From NCBI GenBank assembly GCA_965116875.1, contig OZ220733.1, positions 928,001 through 992,000 on the forward strand: a DNA stretch of 64,000 nucleotides. The letters run 5' to 3'. The position numbers and the translations under genes were made by a program. This document shows, piece by piece, positions 30,271 to 40,288 of the stretch (the first letter of the stretch is position 1; each line of letters opens with the position of its first letter). This stretch comes from Candidatus Latescibacterota bacterium (GTDB taxonomy: Bacteria; Latescibacterota; UBA2968; GCA-2709665). The notes under the pieces were generated by a model. That model was given only the letters and a program-made list of their open reading frames with translations. It made no database searches and was not told where the DNA came from.

Positions 30271-31567
30271 CGTCACCCTCTTGTCTGGTCTCGGATGCTT
30301 CAACGTCGATGATGTCGCTCAAATCATCGCCTTCATCTTTCTCGATCTCGACAGCATCTACCAAGTCGTGCCATTTGATTCCTGGATTCTGCTCCAAGAT
30401 CGAGAGCAAGTTGACGAAAGCAGTCACCGTTTTTCTCGGTGTTCGAAAATAGGCGTCGCCGATTCGTTGTGAGCAATGTTCCATAAAGGATTTCAAGGCT
30501 TCGTCCGGTGCGGCATCTACATCTTCTCCAAGAAATACTCGCCTGACGTTTGCCAAGAGAACGAACAAATCCTCTGGCGACAAATTCGTAAGACGTAGAA
30601 CGGGCCCCGAAAGATCGACGAGACCGTGTCTAGCGAATGCATTTTCTGCAAGTCGCGACTGGAGTGCTTCGTAGCTGTATAGTCCCCGCCTCGTGTCCAT
30701 AAGAAACTCAGGAGTACCACCCAATATGAACCCTATATGTGCAGCCCCACCTTGCAGGACATCGTTCAGGATACGAAGAATCTGTTCGTAGTTCGAGTTT
30801 CGTGCTTGGCTGTTGGTGAGTTTGTATAGGTTCACAAGTTCGTCGAGCGCTACCATCAATCCGCTATAACCCGCCTGCCGCACAAACGCGGACATAAGTT
30901 TCAGGTGATCGTAAACGCTGCTATCGTCAATGATTGTGCGCACTCCGAGTGCCTTGCGCGCATCTGTTCTGGTCGCGTACTCAGCTCTGATCCATCGCAG
31001 TGCATTCGCCTTGAGTTCTTCGTCTCCGTTTTCATGCCCTTCCCAATATCTTCCAATGACGTTCGCGAAATCGTAACCACCCGTGAGTTCCTCAAGATGA
31101 AGCAACTTTTCATGAATTACAGTGCTTGGAATCCGATCAGAGATTTCTGATTCCCTAACCGCCTGGGTGACGAACCTTTCAACTATGCTGGCGAGCGCCC
31201 CACCATCAGGTCTAGTGCGCGTGGAGGCGTTACTCGCAAGTTCCGCATACAGCGAGCGGGCTTGTCCACCTGTCGCATAGATACGCCTGTCCGGTGCTAG
31301 GTCGGCAGAGACAACGACCATACCTTTCTCAAGAGCAACGAGCCGTACAAGATTGATGAAGAATGTCTTGCCCGACCCGTACTCACCAATTACAAAGCGT
31401 AACGTGGCGCCACCTTCTGACATTCTCTCTACATCCCGGACCATTTCGGCAATTTCCCGTGCGCGCCCAACCTGTATGTGTTGCAGTCCAAGCTTTGGAA
31501 CAACACCGGCACGCAACGCTTGGATTATTGTGTCCCGCTCACGCCGCTTTATCTTGGGTCTATCCAC
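30245..31567 (-). CDS. DUF2791/BrxD-like P-loop ATPase (Shango SngB-like)
   Basis: QALRAGVVP..GL..IQVGR, GEYGSGKT Walker A, LDELVNL Walker B, SYEALQSRL. Confidence 0.9.
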   Translation of the reverse strand: MDRPKIKRRERDTIIQALRAGVVPKLGLQHIQVGRAREIAEMVRDVERMSEGGATLRFVIGEYGSGKTFFINLVRLVALEKGMVVVSADLAPDRRIYATGGQARSLYAELASNASTRTRPDGGALASIVERFVTQAVRESEISDRIPSTVIHEKLLHLEELTGGYDFANVIGRYWEGHENGDEELKANALRWIRAEYATRTDARKALGVRTIIDDSSVYDHLKLMSAFVRQAGYSGLMVALDELVNLYKLTNSQARNSNYEQILRILNDVLQGGAAHIGFILGGTPEFLMDTRRGLYSYEALQSRLAENAFARHGLVDLSGPVLRLTNLSPEDLFVLLANVRRVFLGEDVDAAPDEALKSFMEHCSQRIGDAYFRTPRKTVTAFVNLLSILEQNPGIKWHDLVDAVEIEKDEGDDLSDIIDVEASETRQEGDDDLASFRL

Positions 31568-31579
31568 TTTTGTCTCCCG

Positions 31580-33840
31580 TCAATTCATTAGTCTTTGAGC
31601 GACATCTTCGTTGATTTCATAGCCGTCGTACTCTTCAATGAGGGCGTCTCCAAATCTCTCGAAGGCCCACTCATTAATGGTCTCAAGTGCGCCAGCCGCC
31701 ATCAATTGATTCTCGTCGGCGCTAGCAGTAACCTCCTCTTCTGTCCACCGAGGACGCGTGATCAATACCGACGCAACAGCCCTGTGCGGCGCGTCAAGGC
31801 CGTTGAACAATATGTCTCCTTCGGACTCCCTTTCGTCAGCGATCTCGACATCCTGGTCATCATCCTCGCCGAAAATGTCGCCAAGTACTTGGCTGACACG
31901 ATCTGTATCGGCGAATATTTCCGAAATGCGAGTTGAATCCAGTGTCACTGTACCTGTAGGCTTCTTGGCCGGCGCAGGAGGAATCGCATAATCCCGCGAG
32001 CTACCCTCAGCTGGACGTACAGTTACTGGCTCTGGCTGGATGCAAGAGTATGTAAATCTGAATATACCCGTTCCCGATCCAAGCCAAGTGCCTTATAGAG
32101 ACGCTCAATAGTGTGAATCTCCTGCGGCTCTATCGCTCCGTCTGCGCCCGCTGTGGATACTGCCAACTGACTCAGTGCGCTGCGAGCACTCTCGGTCGCT
32201 TTGCGCAATCGGGAACGCAACATGCTGATATTAGGGGGGACAGCCATCAACCACGAGAAGTTTGCATGCAGCCTCGCCCGTTCGGCTTCGGTCACAGATT
32301 GGTTGGCGTCGATCTGCGCGGCAATGTGCACTTGCTCCGCGCCTTCGACTCGGCCGTCAGCCTGCGCGACCAGCGTTGCGAACGAGAGGCTGAGGATCGC
32401 ACTTAGATACCCTTCGCTTGGACGTTCGATCATAACGGAGTCTTCTGGTAGCCGGAATAGAACTACCGGCTCGCCCAATTGGATCTTACGCAGTGCGAAA
32501 CGCGGATCCGGTGCCATGCCGACACCTAGTCTTGCAAGCGCATCTGCGACGCCGATCTGTTGGCGTCTGCCGATCATGTCGGGAGGGGCACCCTCCAGAC
32601 GTTCGATGAGATCCTCTACGGATACCAAACCACCCGATTCTATCTGTTGTGTCACCCATTCCTGCAGTTGTTCCTTCTCAGGACAGGGAAACAGCGGCCA
32701 GAGAACTTCAGGTAGAAGCGCGTGTGCCTCGATCGTACCCTTGCCGTCCGGTTTTCGTCCCAAGTAGCGGCTATATTTGTCCAATCCGTCCGCGGCTCTG
32801 TCAGAGATCTCCTGCGCGACGCGGAGTGGTGCTGATAGCCTCGATACGTCAGGCACATTACCGAGCTCTTTCGTCAGATCCGCAGAAAAATTGCCCGACG
32901 AAGCGTGGTATACGAGCCTAAAGTGTTTCTTTGGGACTCGAATCTTCAAGCCTTGTGGATTGTCTTGGTCAAATAGGTGTCGAAATAAGGCTCTATACTC
33001 CGAGAACGCGCGCTTGGCTGGGGTTCGCAACCGGGTCTCGGGAGTGCATACATACCATGATAGTAGCCAATCCGATGTGAGGGGCGAACCGCTCATTGCC
33101 ATACGGCCGAGTGCAAGCCGTAAGTTTGTTGGAAGCTCGTAACCGAGATTCTCGAAGACAGGGTCGGTTTCTCCGCTTGAGTTTAAAAGGCCAACTGCAT
33201 CGATAAATGAACTGAAGTAGCGGCGAATCGAGTGGTTTTCACCGAATAGTTCAAGCAGCCTACGCACCTCAGCAACGATCTCGGATCGTTCTTCGGAATC
33301 GGCCTCGTCCACAAAGACACGTCGCTCAAGTCCGTAAAAGTAGAGAAAGACGTACCCGACATCGTATCGTGTATCGGAGCGGCCGGACGAAAGCCAATCG
33401 AGATAAGTTGCACGTGATCGTGCTTCGATTGTTGAATAACTTGGCCAGTAATGCAAGCCGTAGCCTTCATAATCGCCGCCGCGCAAAGTAACCTTCATTC
33501 TTGGGTCGATAAAGGCGTTGTCCGGCTGTCCAGATGGATCCGTACGAGGTCCACGGCCGATATATACCATACCGCCAATCTCTCGACCGGCAACGCGGGC
33601 ATTCCCGTCGCGCGGAATCCATCCGGTAGTTGCACGGTGGCTGGGCTCCGGTTGGGGCTTCCAAGTGGCATGCGTATCCACGTTAGATGCACGACTTCCT
33701 AACGATCGGGACGGAACGCGACGCTTCTTCTGATTGCTTCTTCGCCTCGTGTCCTGCCGTGAATCGACATTTGACATGGTGCGAAAAATGACTAGCATGG
33801 CCACCAACAGCACGGCACAAAACAACAAGAATTCGAACAT
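31580..33840 (-). pseudogene. TerB-N/TerB/TerB-C protein (Shango SngA-like), split by a 1-bp frameshift near 32034
   Basis: N-terminal TM; YWPSY, YVFLYFYGLERR (TerB-N); ADG..E repeats (TerB); LDAPH...ETINEWAFERFGD (TerB-C) in the second frame. Adding one base gives a 753-aa ORF. Confidence 0.85.
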
Positions 33841-34194
33841 CGCAAAGACCCTTCGTTCCTTTTCTGAAATGCCAGATCTGCTATCGGTATTGGAATAATA
33901 TCAACGCCGTTCAACAGAATCAGCCCGACCACCATATTACCGCCGGACCATACGAGACGGAAAAAGACCATTTACGCGAGAACTTGCGGCGGCAATGCCT
34001 CAAACTACGTTCAATTAAGTACAGGTAGGGGCCACACCGTGAATAAGATAGCACCGGGTGATCGGCTGCACAAGCAGTTAAGGGCACTCATCGAAAATCT
34101 CGAAGCCGCGGTCAGTAGCGTCTTATTGTAAGACTTTAACGCGAAGTACGTGCGTGTTTAATCACTCTTTTCGCATTCGGTAAGGCGCTGAAAT

Positions 34195-34281
34195 CCCCCC
34201 ACCGCATCAGCCGTCGCCGGCCCTTCGACAGGCTCAGGGGACGGCTCGGCTTCTGCGACTCCCCCTCAAGGGGGGAGTGAT
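34195..34281. repeat. Composite palindromic repeat
   Basis: CCCTTCGACAGGCTCAGGG (34221-34239) embedded before ACGGCTCGGCTTCTGCGACTCCCCCTCAAGGGGGGAGTGAT. Confidence 0.6.
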
Positions 34282-34402
34282 TGGTCCATCAAACGAACGC
34301 GTGCGTTCACTGATAATTATTGCGTTACTGCTGATTGTCACGAAGCCGCGCTAAGCTGAAGGGGTCGGTCTCACGCAATATCGCGGCAGGTCGAATCTGA
34401 TC

Positions 34403-34466
34403 TTGACGTTTTCGCGAGATTTGTATATATTGTCGTCAAATTACTGCGAAAAATGACGACAATATA
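34403..34466 (+). promoter_or_regulatory. Promoter with overlapping 13-bp perfect inverted repeat upstream of the DUF4143 ATPase
   Basis: TTGACG-17-TATATT; TATATTGTCGTCA-15-TGACGACAATATA. Confidence 0.6.
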
Positions 34467-34471
34467 GTCAG

Positions 34472-35623
34472 ATGACAATCCCACGCATATTTGACGCCCC
34501 TCGAAAAAGCTTCTTTCTGCTGGGACCTCGCGGCGTCGGCAAAAGCACCTATCTGCGATTGGCGTATCCGGATGCACACATCGTCAATCTGCTCGCCGAG
34601 GATACGTACCAACGCCTGCTTGCGAATCCGGGTCTCCTCGCCGCGGAACTGCGGGCCGTTTCGGATGACCGGTGGGTGGTCCTGGACGAAATACAAAGAC
34701 TGCCGGCACTGCTTAATGAAGTGCACCGTTTCATCGAAGAACGGCGGATGCGCTTTGTGTTGTGCGGATCCAGCGCAAGAAAACTCAAACGCGCAGGTGT
34801 CAACCTCCTTGCCGGCCGCGCCCTGAATCGCGCGATGCATCCCTTTACTCCCGAGGAGTTGGGAGAACAGTTCGTACTCCACGAGGCACTACAACACGGA
34901 CTTCTGCCCATCGTATGGGATTCGGAGGACAGGGCAGAGACACTGGTTGCCTACGCGCAGATGTATCTCAAGGAGGAGATACAGGCTGAGGCGCTTGTGC
35001 GCAACCTGCCTGGATTCGCGCGCTTTCTCCCCGTTGTGGCGCTCTTTCACGGCCAGACCATTAACGCGACCAACATCGCAAGGGAAGCGCAGGTTGCGCG
35101 CACCACGGTAACGGGATATCTGGAGATCCTGGAAGAAACGCTCCTGGGTTTTCAACTTCCCGCGTACGAGACGCGATTGCGGGTCCGCGAACGCAAATTG
35201 CCCAAATGGTATTGGTGCGACCCCGGTCTTGTCCGGGCGATGAAAAAAGTAACGACGCCCCCCGCACCGGAGGAACGAGGCGCTCTATTCGAGGGCCTGA
35301 TTGCCCAGTTGATCCGGGCGTACACGGACTACCGTGATCTGTGCGACGGATTCTACTATTGGTCGACCGCCGCGCAGACACGATCCGAGGTCGATTTCCT
35401 GCTCAATCGCGCCGGTGAATTCGTGGCAGTCGAAGTCAAATCCGGCGGGACGTTTGCGGAATCCTGGTGCAAGGGACTGAGGGCTCTGGCCCAACTCCCG
35501 GGTCTTTGCCGCCGGCTTGTGATCTATCCCGAAGGACCCGAATTACGTACCGCGGACGGTATTGAAATCCTTCCGTTTTCGCAATTCTCCAACCTGTTGG
35601 CCGCCGATGCGCTGTGGCCGTGA
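34472..35623 (+). CDS. AAA_14 ATPase with DUF4143 / PD-(D/E)xK C-terminal domain
   Basis: GPRGVGKST, LDEIQ, CGSS, LAGRA, KWYWCDPG, GALFE, EVDFL...VEVKS. Confidence 0.92.
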   Translation: MTIPRIFDAPRKSFFLLGPRGVGKSTYLRLAYPDAHIVNLLAEDTYQRLLANPGLLAAELRAVSDDRWVVLDEIQRLPALLNEVHRFIEERRMRFVLCGSSARKLKRAGVNLLAGRALNRAMHPFTPEELGEQFVLHEALQHGLLPIVWDSEDRAETLVAYAQMYLKEEIQAEALVRNLPGFARFLPVVALFHGQTINATNIAREAQVARTTVTGYLEILEETLLGFQLPAYETRLRVRERKLPKWYWCDPGLVRAMKKVTTPPAPEERGALFEGLIAQLIRAYTDYRDLCDGFYYWSTAAQTRSEVDFLLNRAGEFVAVEVKSGGTFAESWCKGLRALAQLPGLCRRLVIYPEGPELRTADGIEILPFSQFSNLLAADALWP

Positions 35624-35635
35624 GGGTATGCTAAG

Positions 35636-35896
35636 ATGAGTGCGTACAGAAGCTTCAGGGACTATCACATTGAGCAGTTGCGCGATCCGGAGGACGCGAA
35701 GGTATATCTAACCGTTGCGCTTGACGACTATGAAAAAAATGGGGACAGCGAAGCGTTCTTGCTGGCGGTCAGAGACGTTGCGGAGGCGCAAGGCGGTATG
35801 TCCAGGTTAGCTGAGCGGGTCGGCCTGACTCGTGAGGGACTTTACAAGGGCCTTTTCAAAAATGGGAATCCGCATCTCAAATCGATGGGCGAATAG
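35636..35896 (+). pseudogene. Putative addiction-module antidote (HTH antitoxin), C-terminally truncated, no toxin adjacent
   Basis: YL..AL....FLLAVRDVAEAQGGMSRLAERVGLTREGLYK...GNP, then a stop before the usual final helix. Confidence 0.65.
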
Positions 35897-36522
35897 GCGG
35901 AACTGATAGGACCAGCTCGCACTCCTCATGTAGCCTGCCCAACCCACATGGTTACCAATCGCGAAGCAACCCGTTGACTTTGTCTAGTGATTTGGGATTT
36001 TGGGATAATTAAGACTTCAAACAGTGCTTTTTCACATGGGTCGCCTTGGAAATAATCACCGATCCCGGTAAATACTACATTATTATCCTTCCGCTTGGCG
36101 AATTGGCTTAAGAGTTTCTCATTCATTTTCTATTCCTCGACACTGCTGTCCAAGAACCGCGGGATTCCTGGAGATGAGATTCTAAAAGTGGATTCCTTTG
36201 GCGATTATGGACGGCTTTGACCCCGACAACGAAAACCAGGTTGCGATGGGTTCGCGTCTGTCGCAGGGCTTCTCATTCTGAACGGAGTCGAAGCATATTT
36301 CGCCGCTTCCGTATCGCGCTGGAGGCGGACGTGCTGCCTCCCGGGTATTGAAACATGCAAATCGCACGGGAATGATGCGATGCTGCAGTAGATCCTTCGT
36401 CGGCCTGGCACCCCATCGGGATGACCGTGCGAAGAACAAGTGACGGAAGCGTTTCGCCTATGTCGTGCGCAGGCCTCCTCTGGATGACAGCGGGAAGCAT
36501 CGTGCTCGGCTATCAGCCAGCA

Positions 36523-36550
36523 TGTCATTCAGAGCGGAGCGAAGAATCTC
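36523..36550. repeat. Short REP-like repeat
   Basis: TGTCATTCAGAGCGGAGCGAAGAATCTC, with partial inverted mate CTCTGGATGACAG at 36478-36490. Confidence 0.5.
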
Positions 36551-36834
36551 CCGTCTTCTCGCTCTTACGTGTAGCATATGGCTTTTGAAGACGAACCTGT
36601 GCGCGGACGCTTTGCCAGACTTTCCGCCTCATCTGCACAACATTAGGCCGAAAGTGAGAAGGGTACATTTCGCCAATGGTTGTGGGCGAATTTTCAATCC
36701 GTATATTTCGTGCACTTTCGCATCTTTCGTAGGTAACCACACCCGTTTTTGGACAGGTGTGATTCCTCAAGAAATATCAATATGCGAATTGGTGGCGTTG
36801 AGATGCCGCCCGTCAGCCTCATTTTAAGATAGCC

Positions 36835-38208
36835 ATGAAAAAAGGAATGACGAATCAAGAACACGTCAAATGGCTTAGGGAAGGCGTTGAAGCATGGAAC
36901 AAGAGACGCGAGACAAGGAGGTTTATACCTCTCCTCTCCGGTGCTAATCTAAGAAGGGCTAACCTGAGCGGCGGCGATCTCGCAGGTGCCTACATGGGCG
37001 GCGCTGATCTGTTTGGCGCCGATTTGAGCGATGCGCACCTCACATTTGTCGATTTAAGCGATACTATCCTCGTGTCCGCCAATCTTAAAGGCGCCAATCT
37101 CGCATCTGCAGACCTGAGTGGTGCAAACCTCATTAATGCGAATCTGAGTCGTGCAAACTTGTGTGGCGCCGATCTGAGCGGTGCTTTGCTAACACAAACA
37201 AAGCCTTGGAACGCTAAACTATATGTCGCTGCCAAAAATAGCGGGACAATTCAAGGTACAACAGATGCAGCTCAGGAAGACAAGAGGAAGAGAATCGAGA
37301 GTATAGAGAGTCTGTTACACGAATGCCGTGATCTGCGAGACAGGTACAGAGACGATATCTTATTCTATTTTCGGGGAGATAGCCGCACGTCAAGGGAATT
37401 GAGGCCCTCCGTAATGCGGCATTCTCCAGCAGGCGACTTCCCTCTTCGTGCATACGAGGGAGAGTTGCTACTTGATCTCATGTCGCGTCAACCAGAGGCG
37501 TTCGGTAGTTTGACGCTGGCAATTGACCAATGGGTGCTTGCACAGCATCACGGACTCAAGACACGACTTCTCGACATTACGCGAAACCCACTCGTTGCTC
37601 TGTTTAATGTCTGCAAAAAGCATGACATACAAGGTGGCTCTGACAGGGAAGATGGTTGCTTGCATGTCTTTGCGGTACCACGAGACCTGGTGAAACCGTT
37701 CAATAGCGATACGATCAGCATTATTGCTAATTTTTCTAAACTTAGGCTAAGCGAGCAGACTCACCTATTGGGTAAAGAGCGTTCCTCTCATGACCCGCAA
37801 GATAAATCCGTGTTTACCAGATATGACCGCGTCTTGAGTCGCCTCTATGATTTTATACGGCATGAGAAACCGTCGTTCCAGGAGAAAATTGACCCCAAAG
37901 ACTTGTTCCGCGTCTTTGTGGTTGAGCCACAACGGTCATTCGAGCGACTTCGAGTACAGTCTGGGGCTTTTCTCATATCGGGCTTTCACGAAAGATTTGA
38001 GCGCGATGAAATCCTGAAATGGAACTCCGAGATACCAGTTTACGACCACTATACGCTGACGGTGTCGGGAGAGAGGAAGGAATACATCATGGATGAATTG
38101 CGCCTGTTGAATATCACTCACGAGAGTCTCTTTCCCGGCCTTGATGAGGCTGCCAAAGCGGTCATGCAACGCTATTCCACTGAGAGGTCGACGAACAGTG
38201 AAGATTGA
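36835..38208 (+). CDS. Pentapeptide-repeat / FRG-domain fusion protein
   Basis: WN..R cap, many A(N/D)LxG repeats, then [37 protein letters not shown]...SLFPGLD. Confidence 0.9.
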   Translation: MKKGMTNQEHVKWLREGVEAWNKRRETRRFIPLLSGANLRRANLSGGDLAGAYMGGADLFGADLSDAHLTFVDLSDTILVSANLKGANLASADLSGANLINANLSRANLCGADLSGALLTQTKPWNAKLYVAAKNSGTIQGTTDAAQEDKRKRIESIESLLHECRDLRDRYRDDILFYFRGDSRTSRELRPSVMRHSPAGDFPLRAYEGELLLDLMSRQPEAFGSLTLAIDQWVLAQHHGLKTRLLDITRNPLVALFNVCKKHDIQGGSDREDGCLHVFAVPRDLVKPFNSDTISIIANFSKLRLSEQTHLLGKERSSHDPQDKSVFTRYDRVLSRLYDFIRHEKPSFQEKIDPKDLFRVFVVEPQRSFERLRVQSGAFLISGFHERFERDEILKWNSEIPVYDHYTLTVSGERKEYIMDELRLLNITHESLFPGLDEAAKAVMQRYSTERSTNSED

Positions 38209-38400
38209 TCGGTCGTTTTGGATCCGCGCTACTCTGCCTCTGCGACAATGCCGGCAAAGGCTTGTATAACTTTGGGAAATTTCGCACGAAAAACGGGACG
38301 AGGTATCCATTCCGTCTTTACTTCAAATTGGGTGACAGCAATGCCTATGGTGCTTAACTGACATCGGCTTCGTGTGAGCGTCCGCTACCATCTCCACAAC

Positions 38401-38434
38401 AAAAGGCACCTGCTTTTCGCAGGTGCCTGTTTTT
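38401..38434 (-). terminator. Terminator after tRNA-Leu (bidirectional-looking)
   Basis: AAAAGGCACCTGC-TTTTC-GCAGGTGCCTGTTTTT. Confidence 0.7.
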
Positions 38435-38438
38435 GTTC

Positions 38439-38525
<87 letters not shown>

Positions 38526-38675
38526 GCTGTTGAATCAAGGATTGAGAAATATCCCCATCGGCGTACAAACTGTCAAGAGGAAACAGGCGTTCGCGCCCGT
38601 TCAAAGGGGTTTTTCAGTCCGCCGGACCGCGTTCATCGAACTCGTCGAAATGCGTGTCACCGATACGCTTAGCCG

Positions 38676-38733
38676 ACCCTTCGACCCTTCGACGGGCTCA
38701 GAGACCGCAAGCTCAGGGTGCGGCTCAGGTTAC
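38676..38733. repeat. Self-nested CCCTTCGAC..GCTCAGG repeat
   Basis: ACCCTTCG-ACCCTTCGACGGGCTCAG..-AAGCTCAGGG-..GGCTCAGG. Confidence 0.55.
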
Positions 38734-38815
38734 ACGCGCATCATCGCGAATGCTGACAGCCTGGATAAGGAGCGTACGTGCCGCCCGTCAGGTCCCGCCG
38801 GGATCCAGTCTGCCT

Positions 38816-39199
38816 TCAGCCATCGAATGCAAGACTCATTGTATGCAGATTGATGATGGCCTTGGATTCTGTAAGGAAATCCATGCCCAAAATCCCATTG
38901 ATTTCAAAGCCGTAATCCATGCCTCCTATTTCAAGTTCGAAATTAGTCAACTCCTTCTGTCCAACCTGCAAACAATCAACCCGTCGCCTGAATACAATCT
39001 CATGTCCACCCACACCGCGAATTGCGACTATCCGGTCATCCGGCAATGGAAATATACCGATGGAATCAACCAAATCGGCGGATATTACCGTGCTGGCTGA
39101 TCCAGTATCGACTAGGACTTGAGGGATCTCAATAGTTGATCCCCGATAGTCAATAGAAACCGATGTAAAAGGCAGATCATACCGGCGTATCAGTTGCAT
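38816..39199 (-). CDS. Retropepsin-like (clan AA) aspartic protease
   Basis: VLVDTGSAST, GVGG flap, GILGMDFL. Confidence 0.88.
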   Translation of the reverse strand: MQLIRRYDLPFTSVSIDYRGSTIEIPQVLVDTGSASTVISADLVDSIGIFPLPDDRIVAIRGVGGHEIVFRRRVDCLQVGQKELTNFELEIGGMDYGFEINGILGMDFLTESKAIINLHTMSLAFDG

Positions 39200-39458
39200 A
39201 CAGCGCACGAATGCCCGACGATTGTCTTACTTGAATATCAAGTGAATCACGACTGGTATGGAGATAATAATATTCCCGTTCGGGATATTGATGGTGAAGG
39301 GTCTGATACCGTTTCATAGCAGTTTTGCCATCCGGGCACTCTTCAACCACTGTCAGACGATTCAGATGCCGCCGATAATCAGAGGTTGTATGGGCTTCTA
39401 ATGCCTCAACAATCAGCCATTTATCGGGATGGTCTCTGCATATCTCAGGCCAGCGCAT
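39177..39458 (-). CDS. Small hypothetical protein coupled to the aspartic protease
   Basis: MRWPEICRDHPDKWLIVEAL...YYYLHT; RBS present; overlaps the protease start. Confidence 0.7.
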   Translation of the reverse strand: MRWPEICRDHPDKWLIVEALEAHTTSDYRRHLNRLTVVEECPDGKTAMKRYQTLHHQYPEREYYYLHTSRDSLDIQVRQSSGIRALYATDTPV

Positions 39459-39521
39459 ACAACCTATTCCTCTACGGATAGCGTTGTTTGAATTTTGCCT
39501 GACATTCAAGCGGTCTGAATC

Positions 39522-39584
39522 TTAACAGCCCCTTGAAAAAGGCCCATCCGGGCTGCCTGCCTGTGCGTACGTGCACAGACAGGC
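39522..39584. repeat. Half copy of the TTAA-flanked MITE joined to a CCTGCCTG..CAGACAGG hairpin
   Basis: TTAACAGCCCCTTGAAAAAGGCCCATCCGGGCT matches the reverse complement of 19242-19273; followed by GCCTGCCTGTGC..GCACAGACAGGC. Confidence 0.65.
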
Positions 39585-39670
39585 ACTGCAAGCAGGCCGG
39601 GCACGGCAGACGGGGCTTCCTCAGGATGACAGGCCGGACGCACGTGCTAACTGGTCCTAGCGAATTTGTC

Positions 39671-40285
39671 CTACAGCCGCCGGTCCGCCGCGGGCGGCCC
39701 CAGAATTTCATTGTAGACGATCGCCTTGCGGACCGTTTTCGGTTTGAAGTCGAGCGCCATTCGCCGGCGGCGGGTTCTGCGGCGAGGCGCCACGACCAGC
39801 GGCTGGACGTCCAGCAAGCCGTGCAGCTCGACTTCCGGCGCGGATTCAGTCGCTTCGCTGCCTGTCACACCGCCGGGTTGCTCGTCCTCCGGCGGGTCGA
39901 AACCGGCCGGCCGATACTCATCTCCCGTGTAGGTTTCACTCACCGGGCGGGCGCCCCTCACTTCCCGAAACTCTCTCCCGCCCGCAGGTTCATTGACGGG
40001 GCGGGCGCCTCGGATTTCCTGAAACTCCGGTCCCGTGGGCGCCTCGCTCACCCGCCGCGTGCCCCGAACCTCCTGGAACTCCCCGCCCATCGGCGCCGGT
40101 CGGGTCGGCGCCGGTTCGGGAAAGACGTCATCCTCCGATGGATCGACGTCCGGAATGCCCATCGGGGGCATGTCGAGATCCTCGTCCTCAAGATCCCGGC
40201 GCCGCCGGCCTTCGAGCATCTTGTTGATCAGCGAGGAGATCACGCTCAACACGATAAACAGGATGACAACGAGTTCGAAGTTCAT
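39671..40285 (-). CDS. Membrane-anchored hypothetical protein (YqfB-like, downstream of floA)
   Basis: N-terminal TM, acidic linker with three EF(Q/R)E(V/I)RG(T/A)R.V repeats, C-terminal RKAIVYNEILGPP. Confidence 0.75.
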   Translation of the reverse strand: MNFELVVILFIVLSVISSLINKMLEGRRRRDLEDEDLDMPPMGIPDVDPSEDDVFPEPAPTRPAPMGGEFQEVRGTRRVSEAPTGPEFQEIRGARPVNEPAGGREFREVRGARPVSETYTGDEYRPAGFDPPEDEQPGGVTGSEATESAPEVELHGLLDVQPLVVAPRRRTRRRRMALDFKPKTVRKAIVYNEILGPPAADRRL

Positions 40286-40288
40286 GAT

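Noticed and set aside
30245-31567. BREX system, because of the BrxD-like ATPase and helicase
   Set aside because: No pglZ, pglX or brxC; the TerB-like partner indicates a Shango-type locus
35926-36830. Short ORFs in the low-GC gap of the island
   Set aside because: No recognisable motifs or RBS, and they overlap repeats; may be gene relics but cannot be supported
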